A DNA stretch of 64,000 nucleotides, taken from the NCBI GenBank assembly GCA_020633315.1, contig JACKDV010000004.1, positions 320,071 to 384,070 on the forward strand. Reading direction: 5' to 3'. The stretch's first letter is position 1, and every line of letters starts with the position of its first letter. This document shows, in pieces, positions 38,171 to 46,264 of the stretch. The notes beneath the pieces were generated by a model that searched no databases, was not told where the DNA came from, and saw only the letters and a list, made by a program, of their open reading frames with translations. The stretch comes from Myxococcales bacterium. GTDB lineage: Bacteria > Myxococcota_A > Polyangia > Nannocystales > Nannocystaceae. A program made the position numbers and the translations under genes.

Positions 38171-38725
38171 ATGTCCCGTAGGGTGACGTTCCATGCCGGG
38201 GTCTGGCCGGGCCTGCTGATTCCCCTCGTGCTCGGGGGCTGCCCGCACAGCGACGTGGGCAGCCCCTGCAACCATGGGGCGGCCTTCGTGCCGCAGAGCC
38301 AGACCATCACCTTTCCCGCGCTCGCCTGCGACCAGCTGCTGTGCGTGTATGCGGAGGACACCGAGCCCCCGCAGGAGGGCTGCGAGTCCAACGAGGAGTG
38401 CGGCTCGGCGGGAGGTGACGACCGCTTCGTGTGCGTGGAGGGGCACTGCGAGCTCGACCAGCGCCACGTGATGGCCCGCTCGATGTGCTCGCAGCAGTGC
38501 GACGCCGATGCGGACTGCGAGGGCGGCGACCCCGACTCGGCGTGCAGCAGCGGCTTCGCCTGCGCGCGGATCCAGGGGCTAGGGGATCACTGCTGCGAGA
38601 AGCTGTGCGTCTGCCGGGACGACCTCGACGTGGCCGCCGCCGCGGCGCTCGAGCGCGAGTGCAGCGCGGACGCGGCCATGGGCTGCTGCGATCGCGAGCC
38701 GCACCCCGAGGCCTGCGGGAGCTGA
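38171..38725 (+). CDS. Cys-rich secreted lipoprotein (about 184 aa, about 24 Cys)
   Basis: Signal and lipobox LVLGGC. Many CxxC/CC pairs (CESNEECGS, HCCEKLCVC). Confidence 0.55.
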   Translation: MSRRVTFHAGVWPGLLIPLVLGGCPHSDVGSPCNHGAAFVPQSQTITFPALACDQLLCVYAEDTEPPQEGCESNEECGSAGGDDRFVCVEGHCELDQRHVMARSMCSQQCDADADCEGGDPDSACSSGFACARIQGLGDHCCEKLCVCRDDLDVAAAAALERECSADAAMGCCDREPHPEACGS

Positions 38726-38779
38726 GCCCGGGGCGGGGCGGCCCGAGCCTCGCCCGTGCCGCCCCACACGTCGCGCGCC

Positions 38780-39316
38780 TCAGCCCTTCTTGGCCGCGCC
38801 CTTGCCCTCCCCGCCTTGCTTGGCCTTGGCCTTCTTGCCCTCGGCCTTGCCTCGCTTGCCCTTGGCGCCGCGCAGCAGCCCGCGGAAGCCGTGGCGCTCG
38901 ACCGCCTGCGCCATCTGGGCTCGTTGCTCGGGGGTGAGCAGCGCATGCACCTCCATCATCGCGTCGAAGGCCCGGGCGCGCAGCTCGTGCTCGTGGGTCT
39001 CGATGGCAGCGAGCGTGGCCTGCATCGCCTTCTCGTCGGGCTTGGCCTTGGCCAGCTCGGCCGCGAGCTTGGCCTGCAGCCGCTCGATCGCCTCGCGGTC
39101 GGCCTTGGTGTCGGCGCGCAGCTCGGTCATGACCGCCTGCAGCTCCTGCTTCTGTTGATCGCTGCACTCGAGGCGCTCGCACAGGCCTCCGTGGGATCGC
39201 TCGGCACGGGCGTCCGCGCCATCGGGCTTGGCCACGGCCACGCTGCCCAGGCCCAGCAGGGCCAGGCCGCCGATGGCCGGAAGGAGGATGCGGGTCTTGG
39301 GGCTCCACAGCTTCAT
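38780..39316 (-). CDS. Periplasmic LTXXQ-motif protein (Spy/CpxP family), 178 aa, with a Lys/Gly-rich C-terminal tail
   Basis: Signal peptide MKLWSPKTRILLPAIGGLALLGLGSVAVA. LTPEQRAQM motif. GAGGAG ribosome-binding site before the ATG. Confidence 0.7.
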   Translation of the reverse strand: MKLWSPKTRILLPAIGGLALLGLGSVAVAKPDGADARAERSHGGLCERLECSDQQKQELQAVMTELRADTKADREAIERLQAKLAAELAKAKPDEKAMQATLAAIETHEHELRARAFDAMMEVHALLTPEQRAQMAQAVERHGFRGLLRGAKGKRGKAEGKKAKAKQGGEGKGAAKKG

Positions 39317-39591
39317 GGTCGATCTCCTCGGTGGTCGATCGGTCGGACGACGGGCCTCGTGGGATGGTGTGGGCCCGGCGATCCTCCGCGCTCGTCTGCC
39401 CAGCATGCCCGGCGGGGCGCCCTGCGGCCGTCCACCTGCGGTAAACGCGAGGTAAACCGGAACGCCCCTCCGCGCCCGTCGGCGGCCTCCCGCGGGGGGC
39501 CGTCCTTGCGAAGCCAGCGGCGGCGGGCACACTGGGGGCGGACGCGTCCGTTGCCCCCCGCTTGGCAGAATGTGATATCAGGCGCAAACGG

Positions 39592-39810
39592 ATGAGTAAG
39601 GAAGACTCAATCGAGTTCGAGGGCAAGGTCGTCGAGGTCCTCAGTGGGGGAACCTTCAAGGTCGAGGTCGGCGACGATCACTACGTCATCGCCAAGCTGG
39701 CCGGCAAGATGCGGCGCTATCGGATCCGCGTGGTGCTGGGCGACAAGGTCACCGTCGCCGTGTCGCCCTACGATCCCACGCGGGGCCGCATCACGTACCG
39801 GCCTCGCTAG
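39592..39810 (+). CDS. infA: Translation initiation factor IF-1
   Basis: MSKEDSIEFEGKVVEVLSGGTFKVEV...AKLAGKMRRYRIRVVLGDKVTVAVSPYDPTRGRITYR is near-identical to the IF-1 consensus (72 aa). Confidence 0.95.
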   Translation: MSKEDSIEFEGKVVEVLSGGTFKVEVGDDHYVIAKLAGKMRRYRIRVVLGDKVTVAVSPYDPTRGRITYRPR

Positions 39811-39888
39811 CGGGAGGGTCGTGACGCAGGGCTCCGTAGGGACCGGCACTGCGTACGGACCGTCCCCCGCTCGACACGGGAGCCGCCC

Positions 39889-42800
39889 GTGACGAGCTCG
39901 CGCCCCACCGATCCCTCCTCTCCCGAGAGCCAGGCCTGGCTCCGTCAGGTCCGCGCCAACGTCAAGGCTCAGCTCTTCGGGCCCCCGCTGTCGAGCGATC
40001 CGCCCAGCGTCCCCAGCCAGGAGCGGACCGAGCTCGGCGAGGGCGAGCAGGCGAGCCGCGAGGAAGTGGCCGAGCCCACCCGCATCGGCCGCTTCGTCGT
40101 CATCAAGCGCATCGGCGAGGGCGGCATGGGCATGGTCTACGCCGCCTACGACGACACCCTCGATCGCAAGGTGGCCGTCAAGCTGCTGCACCCGCGCGGC
40201 TCCGAGGCCAGCCCCGACGCCCAGGCCCGCCTGATCCGCGAGGCCCAGGCCCTCGCCCGCCTCTCGCACCCCTCGGTCATCCACGTCTACGAGGTCGGCA
40301 CCTGGCAGGACCAGGTCTACGTGGCGATGGAGTTCGTCGACGGCACCACCCTGGCCCACTGGCAGCGGCAGGAGGGGCGCACCTGGAGGGAGGTGCTCGA
40401 GGCCTACGTGGCGGCGGGGCGCGGGCTCGCGGCCGCCCACGCGGCGGGCATCGTGCACCGCGACTTCAAGGCGGCCAACGTGCTCGTGCGCACCGACGGC
40501 GCCGTGCGGGTCGTGGACTTCGGGCTCGCGCGACAGGAGATGGAGCTGAGCTCGCGCCCGGCCGAGCTCTCCGAGGAGACGCCCAGCCTCTCGCTGCCCT
40601 CCGGCGAGAGCATGACCTCCCCCGACGCGCCACTCACCCGCACCGGCGTCATCATGGGCACGCCGGCCTACATGGCGCCCGAGCAGCACCTGGGCCAGCG
40701 CGCCGACCTGCGCAGCGATCAGTTCTCCTACTGCGTGTCGCTGTACGAGGCGCTCTACGGCTTTCGGCCGTTCCCCGGCGAGACCCTGCCCAAGCTGCGC
40801 CGCAACGTGCTCGCGGGGCGCTTCGAGCAGCCGCCGCGCTACACCGACATCCCGCCCCGGATCTTCCGCGTGCTCGAGCGCGGCCTGCAGGTGCACCCCG
40901 ACGATCGCTACCCGTCGATGGAGCCCCTGCTCGACGAGCTCACCCACGATCCCCGGGTCGCGCTGCAGCGCGTGGCCTGGGGCCTGCTGGTGGTGGCGCT
41001 GGTGGGCGCGGTGGGCCTGCTGTGGTGGTCCGAGCGCGAGGAGCGGGAGGCCCGGTCCGAGGGCGAGCGCCTGCGCGCCCAGTTCGAGCGCGCGCGGGTG
41101 CTCAACGCCGAGGACGAGCTGCGCCGCGCCCAGTCCCGCTCGGTCTCGGAGAAGTACGACGACCTGCTGCTCGCCTACGCCCGCGAGGTGATCGACGACG
41201 ATCCCACCGCGGCCCTCGCCACGCTCAAGCACCTCACCCCCACCAACGACGGCTGGCTGCCCGCGGCCCGCACCATCGCCGCCGACGCGATCCAGCGCGG
41301 GGTGATCCACCGGACCCTCGAGCCCGGCCTGGGCCGGCTGGCCCGAATCGCCTTCGCCGAGGACGGCTCGCTGGTGATGGCGGGCAAGGGCCTCGCGCGG
41401 TGGGACTCGACCACCGGCGAGCTGCAGTACCTCGAGACCCCCGTCGCGCCGCTGCGCGACCTGGCGATCACTCCCGAGGCCACCCGCATCGCCGCGGTCG
41501 GCCGCGACGACGCGCTCTACCTGTGGACCCGCGGCCAGGGCACCTCCGATCCCGGCACCATGCGCCGCATCCCCGACGCCGACGGGCCCCTGGTGGCGGT
41601 GGCCCTGTCCCGCGACGGCCAGCGCATCGCCACCGGGGCCGAGGACGGCACGGTGCGCCTGCTCGACTGGGACGGCCGCAGCACCCGGGCCATGCGAGAT
41701 CACAAGGGGGCGATCCGCTCGCTCGACTTCTCGGCCGACGGCAGCATGCTGGCCAGCGCCAGCGACGACGGCACCATCCGGCAGTGGTTCCTCGAGCGCG
41801 AGACCCACTGGAGCCTCGAGCACGGCCCCGGGGTGAGGGACGCCCGCTTCGACGGCCAGGGCATCGCGATCTGGTCGGTGTCGGAGGACGGCGAGGTGCG
41901 GCGCTGGTCCACGGCCAAGGGCAAGCCGCTGCCGGTCTCCGGCTACGACGGCGTGACCCTGCTGCAGCGCAGCCCCTCGGGCGAGCACACCCTGGTCTGC
42001 CGGGGCGATCGCGAGCTGATGCTGCTCGGCGACGGCGACCCCCAGCCGCTGCGCGGCGTGCATGCCATCGTCAACGCGATCGCGGTCTCCGACGACGGCG
42101 CGTGGGCGGCCGCGGCCACCGGCGAGCAGGTCCGGCTGTGGCGCCTGACCGGGATCGGCGACCTCGGCACCCAGCCCGACGGCTCGCGCATCACCCCCAC
42201 CGCGGGACCCCTCACCGCGCTGGCCTTCTCGCGGGCGGGAGGGCTGCTGGCCTCGGCCACCCGCCAGGGCCTGGTGCAGCTGTGGTCCGAGCAGGGCGAC
42301 CCCCGCGGCGACCTCGGCCAGCACAGCCGCACCGTGATCGACCTGGGCTTCTCGCCGCAGGGCCACGAGCTGGCCGCCATCGACGAGGACGGAGGCATCA
42401 TCGTGTGGTCGGTGGCCGATCGCGACCAGCCGCCGGTGCAGCTACGGCGCGAGGGCTCCCGGCGCTCGGCCGCCTGGGCGTGGTCACCCGACGGCGAGAC
42501 GATCGCCGCGCCGCGCTGCGACGGCATGGAGCACTGCGAGGTCGCGCTCTACCCGATCACCGGCGAGGAGCCGCAGGCCCTCGCCGTCACCGACTCGCCC
42601 GCGATCACGCTGCGCTACTCGCCCTCGGGGCTCACCCTGCTCAGCGATCATCCCACCGACGCCTGGCTGTGGGCCCTGCCCGAGGGGCGCGGCCGTCCGC
42701 TCGAGTGGCCCGACGGGGTCCCGGCTGGCGAGCGCCTCGCCTTCGCCTACGTGCACGGGGGCCTGCGCATGGCGACGGCCGAGGTGCTGCGCGACGAGGA

Positions 42801-43299
42801 GGCCCGCATGCTCTCCACCACGCTGCGGGTGTGGCACATCGGCCAGGAGAGCGGCGACGTGCACCTGCTGTTCGAGGAGCCCGAGCTGCGCACCCTGCTG
42901 GTCGACACCGAGCGACGCACCCTGCTGCTGCGCACCCACGACGACAACGATCTGCTGTGGCGGCTGGCTGGCGATCACTTCCGCCTGCTGCCGTCGGTGG
43001 GCACCGGGCACGAGCGCCTCATCGTCTCTCCCGACGCCCGCGTGCTGCTGCTGCGCCCCCGCTACGAGCGCGGGCGGGCTCCCGACAGCCTGTGGGTCGA
43101 CGTGGAGTCGGGGCAGACCCGACGCTTCTCTCGACGCAACGACCCCATGGCCTGGTCGGCGCGGGGCACCGTGGCCGACGTCTACGGCCGCCGCGGGCTG
43201 CGGACCTGGAGCGACCCCACCCCCGACGAGATCGGCCTGTTCCTGCGCTGGCTCGACGATGCCACCGACGCCAAGGTGGACCCCACCCTCATCCGCTGA
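39889..43299 (+). CDS. Ser/Thr protein kinase fused to a WD40 beta-propeller region, 1136 aa
   Basis: Kinase motifs IGEGGMGMVY, HRDFKAANVLV, DFGLAR, YMAPEQ. A TM segment (LLVVALVGAVGLLWW). Multiple WD40-like units (GAIRSLDFSADGSMLASASDDGTIRQW ...). Confidence 0.85.
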   Translation: MTSSRPTDPSSPESQAWLRQVRANVKAQLFGPPLSSDPPSVPSQERTELGEGEQASREEVAEPTRIGRFVVIKRIGEGGMGMVYAAYDDTLDRKVAVKLLHPRGSEASPDAQARLIREAQALARLSHPSVIHVYEVGTWQDQVYVAMEFVDGTTLAHWQRQEGRTWREVLEAYVAAGRGLAAAHAAGIVHRDFKAANVLVRTDGAVRVVDFGLARQEMELSSRPAELSEETPSLSLPSGESMTSPDAPLTRTGVIMGTPAYMAPEQHLGQRADLRSDQFSYCVSLYEALYGFRPFPGETLPKLRRNVLAGRFEQPPRYTDIPPRIFRVLERGLQVHPDDRYPSMEPLLDELTHDPRVALQRVAWGLLVVALVGAVGLLWWSEREEREARSEGERLRAQFERARVLNAEDELRRAQSRSVSEKYDDLLLAYAREVIDDDPTAALATLKHLTPTNDGWLPAARTIAADAIQRGVIHRTLEPGLGRLARIAFAEDGSLVMAGKGLARWDSTTGELQYLETPVAPLRDLAITPEATRIAAVGRDDALYLWTRGQGTSDPGTMRRIPDADGPLVAVALSRDGQRIATGAEDGTVRLLDWDGRSTRAMRDHKGAIRSLDFSADGSMLASASDDGTIRQWFLERETHWSLEHGPGVRDARFDGQGIAIWSVSEDGEVRRWSTAKGKPLPVSGYDGVTLLQRSPSGEHTLVCRGDRELMLLGDGDPQPLRGVHAIVNAIAVSDDGAWAAAATGEQVRLWRLTGIGDLGTQPDGSRITPTAGPLTALAFSRAGGLLASATRQGLVQLWSEQGDPRGDLGQHSRTVIDLGFSPQGHELAAIDEDGGIIVWSVADRDQPPVQLRREGSRRSAAWAWSPDGETIAAPRCDGMEHCEVALYPITGEEPQALAVTDSPAITLRYSPSGLTLLSDHPTDAWLWALPEGRGRPLEWPDGVPAGERLAFAYVHGGLRMATAEVLRDEEARMLSTTLRVWHIGQESGDVHLLFEEPELRTLLVDTERRTLLLRTHDDNDLLWRLAGDHFRLLPSVGTGHERLIVSPDARVLLLRPRYERGRAPDSLWVDVESGQTRRFSRRNDPMAWSARGTVADVYGRRGLRTWSDPTPDEIGLFLRWLDDATDAKVDPTLIR

Positions 43300-43532
43300 G
43301 CCTACCGCCAAGAACACTGTTCTTGACCCAACCCGGGGCGTTTCCGCGATCGTCGTGAACCTCACGAATCGGTCGGGCATCCACCTGCACGGACCTGCAA
43401 CCGGGGGCGGGGCGACCCGTCTTGTCGGTGTCGGACGAGACACCCGAGTCGAGCCTGGGCCCCGCCCTCGCCCCTCGCCTGGTGTCCGCCCGCCGGTCGT
43501 GTCGTGACCGGATGCGCTGGAGAGCTTGACCC

Positions 43533-44573
43533 ATGGCTGCCGAGTACATCGAGAAGATCCAGGAGCTCGCGGGGCGCTTCCGCGACGACGAGCGCAACCT
43601 GACCCTGTACTTCCCCGACCTCGAGACCGCCCCGGCGGGCGACAGCTACAACCGCGTGTTCGGCCCGCCGGTGGGGCTCACCGACGATCGCTGGCCCACC
43701 TTCCCCGAGCTGGGCGAGCTGATGCAGCAGGCCAACTGCATCAAGCACTGGGATCCCCGCGACCAGCGGATGGAGCACGTGTTCACGATCGACCTGCGAG
43801 GCATCCGCCTGCTGGGCGCCCCCGAGCACGCCGCCGCGATGATGCTCTTCCTGAGCAACGCGAGCTTCCACCGCGCGTGCGCCGACGGCAACCGCCACAC
43901 CGAGGTGCTGTTCCTCGACCACGAGGAGGCCGAGCGCGGCCTGTACCGCGGCCGCCTGCCCGAGCGCTCGCTGTACCGCTGGAGCCGTCGCTTCAGCCTG
44001 GTGCCCATCGAGGTGCCCGGCGAGGTGTTCGACGTGCCCGAGCTCGACCTGCTGCCCGACGATCTGCTGGTGGAGCTGTTCGAGGCCATCCGCGAGGCAC
44101 CGGCCCGCCTGGGCGGCTGCCCGATCTCGATGGACGACGGCCCCGAGCTCCGCGGTGGCTGGAGCGAGAGCACCCCCACCCTGCCGTGGAGCGAGCCGCA
44201 GCGCAGCAGCCTCACCGTGCCCTACGCCGGTCGCTCCAAGCCGCGGCTCGCCGACAGCAGCCTCACCATCCCCTACGCTCCCTCCACGCCGACGATCGAC
44301 GAGAGCAGCCGGACCATCCCCTACGATCTGCGCTCGCTCGACCGTCGCCCCACCGTGGTGGAGGGCAGCGGGCTGCTCGACGGCGGTCGCTTCGACTCCT
44401 ATGCCGATCGCGATCCCGCCAGCGCCCTGACCTTCGGGCACCGCACGACCCCCCGCGCGTCCAACCGCAGCACCTTCCTCATGCAGTTCCAGCGCCGCTT
44501 CGCCGACGTGAACCTGGGACGGCCCGGGGTGATGTACGTGTCGCGCCGCAGCGCATACGTCCCCACCCACTGA
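43533..44573 (+). CDS. Hypothetical protein, 346 aa, with C-terminal short repeats (SSLTVPYA / SSLTIPYA / SSRTIPYD)
   Basis: Long ORF with normal amino-acid composition. No motif recognised. Confidence 0.5.
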   Translation: MAAEYIEKIQELAGRFRDDERNLTLYFPDLETAPAGDSYNRVFGPPVGLTDDRWPTFPELGELMQQANCIKHWDPRDQRMEHVFTIDLRGIRLLGAPEHAAAMMLFLSNASFHRACADGNRHTEVLFLDHEEAERGLYRGRLPERSLYRWSRRFSLVPIEVPGEVFDVPELDLLPDDLLVELFEAIREAPARLGGCPISMDDGPELRGGWSESTPTLPWSEPQRSSLTVPYAGRSKPRLADSSLTIPYAPSTPTIDESSRTIPYDLRSLDRRPTVVEGSGLLDGGRFDSYADRDPASALTFGHRTTPRASNRSTFLMQFQRRFADVNLGRPGVMYVSRRSAYVPTH

Positions 44574-44745
44574 GCCGGGCCCGGCGCGGACGAGCGACGA
44601 TTTCTCGTCGCTCGGGGCCCCTGCCGGGGACCGGGGACCGTAGCTGCGCGAATGGCACGAAAGTACCAAGACGCTCGATTCCGCACATTAGCCGCGGGGC
44701 CGGTGCGAATGGAAGTTCTTGGTACCGTTTGCGCGGCCGGCTCCC

Positions 44746-45360
44746 ATGCTCACTCCGGAGATCATCGCGCGGATGCTCGACGCATCCGAACGGGAGCGTC
44801 GGGAGCTGCACCAACAGGTCGTCGAGGCCGTCCATCGGACCACCCACTTCACGCTGCTCGCGTGTCAGGGACCCCCGTCCATGGTGGAGGACCTGGTCCA
44901 CGAGATCCTCGCATACCTGTTCCGCCGCAATGGCGCGGTGCTCCGCAGCTGGGATCCCCAACGGGCCAGCTTCCGCGGCTACCTCGGGATGATCGCCAGC
45001 CGCTTCGTGCGGCGTCGGCTCGGCAACCGGCTGGTGATCATCTCGCTGGGCGACATCGGGCTCGCCGAGGTCGACGACGCCGACATCGACGATCTGCTGG
45101 CCTACCGCGCCGCGCTCGAGGAGATCCTCGCCTGGCTCGACGCCCGCAACGGCGACCACGATCGCGAGCGCTTCAACGCCCTGTTCATCGACGGGCGCTC
45201 TGCTGCCGACATCGCCGCTGGTGAAGGCGTCACGGCCGATGCCATCTACACATGGAAGTCACGACTGCGCGGGCGCATCGCCAAGGCGTTCCCCCACGTG
45301 GTCGAGCTCCTTCGCAGTGGCGCTCGCAGCGGTAAACGGCACGGAGGGGACGAGTCATGA
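44746..45360 (+). CDS. ECF-type RNA polymerase sigma-70 family factor, about 204 aa
   Basis: Region-2-like segment (FRGYLGMIASRFVRRR) and a region-4 HTH (ADIAAGEGVTADAIYTWKSRLR). Confidence 0.7.
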   Translation: MLTPEIIARMLDASERERRELHQQVVEAVHRTTHFTLLACQGPPSMVEDLVHEILAYLFRRNGAVLRSWDPQRASFRGYLGMIASRFVRRRLGNRLVIISLGDIGLAEVDDADIDDLLAYRAALEEILAWLDARNGDHDRERFNALFIDGRSAADIAAGEGVTADAIYTWKSRLRGRIAKAFPHVVELLRSGARSGKRHGGDES

Positions 45361-45412
45361 CACACTGCGTGGTGTCAGCGTTCGGTGAGCACTCTCCTAG
45401 GGGGGTACGGGC

Positions 45413-46264
45413 ATGAACGGCTTCCCACCCGACGGCCCCGATGCCGACGAGCCGGCACCGGAGTCGATCCTGGAGGACCTCGGACGCCTGGCTCGAGCCA
45501 AGCGTGATCGCGGGGACCAGGCGCCCGCGAGCTACGAGCCGCCCAGCCCCGCCAAGGTCCAGGCATTCCTCGACGAGCTGTTGGGCACCAGCGATCCCGA
45601 GGTGGCCGACGAGCGACCGAAGCCGCCCAAGCCTCGGCGTGTCGTGGGCAAGGATCGCCCGACCCGTGCGAGCTCGACCAAGAACGGCGAGAGCCCCTCG
45701 CACTGGCTCGGGTACCTGGTCACCGCGATCGCCACCGCGGCCGCGATCGTCCTCGTGGTTCGCAGCGTGCCCGAGCCCTCGCCCACCCCCGAGGAGCCAC
45801 CGGTGCCGACGGCGAGGGTGGAGGAGGCGAGCCCCCCTCCCTTCGGCTCCTGGCGCATCGACGGCGGCAGCCCTCCGCCCGACCACCAGGGCCCCGCCAA
45901 GCGGATGCAGGTGTGCTCCGATCGTCCCATGCGGCTCACGGTGGCCGTGGCCAGCGACGCGACGATCGACCCCGAGGCGCCGCTGCAGCTCGTGCTCGTG
46001 GCCACGCCCGCGGAGGGCCCCAGCCATCGCTTGCTCTTCGACATCGACGGCGACCAGCGCTTCGCGTGGGAGGATGGCGGCCGCGCGCTCGTGCTGCACG
46101 GGACCCTGGGCTCGCTGGCCCCGCTGACTCCGGGGACCTGGGTGCTCGAGCCCCGCATCGGCAGCCCGGGCGCATGTGCCACGCACGACGACTCCCGCCG
46201 CTGCACCTTCCTGCCCGCGATGGCGATCGAGGTGGACGGAGATGACTGTGCCGGGGCCGAGTAG
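45413..46264 (+). CDS. Putative anti-sigma factor, 283 aa, with a single TM helix
   Basis: It lies directly downstream of the ECF sigma gene. It has a cytoplasmic N-terminal domain, then a TM segment (WLGYLVTAIATAAAIVLVV), then a periplasmic domain. Confidence 0.55.
   Translation: MNGFPPDGPDADEPAPESILEDLGRLARAKRDRGDQAPASYEPPSPAKVQAFLDELLGTSDPEVADERPKPPKPRRVVGKDRPTRASSTKNGESPSHWLGYLVTAIATAAAIVLVVRSVPEPSPTPEEPPVPTARVEEASPPPFGSWRIDGGSPPPDHQGPAKRMQVCSDRPMRLTVAVASDATIDPEAPLQLVLVATPAEGPSHRLLFDIDGDQRFAWEDGGRALVLHGTLGSLAPLTPGTWVLEPRIGSPGACATHDDSRRCTFLPAMAIEVDGDDCAGAE

Noticed and set aside
39607-42366. 919-aa minus-strand ORF overlapping infA and the kinase-WD40 gene
   Set aside because: It is antisense to a canonical IF-1 and to kinase motifs, and its composition is low-complexity.
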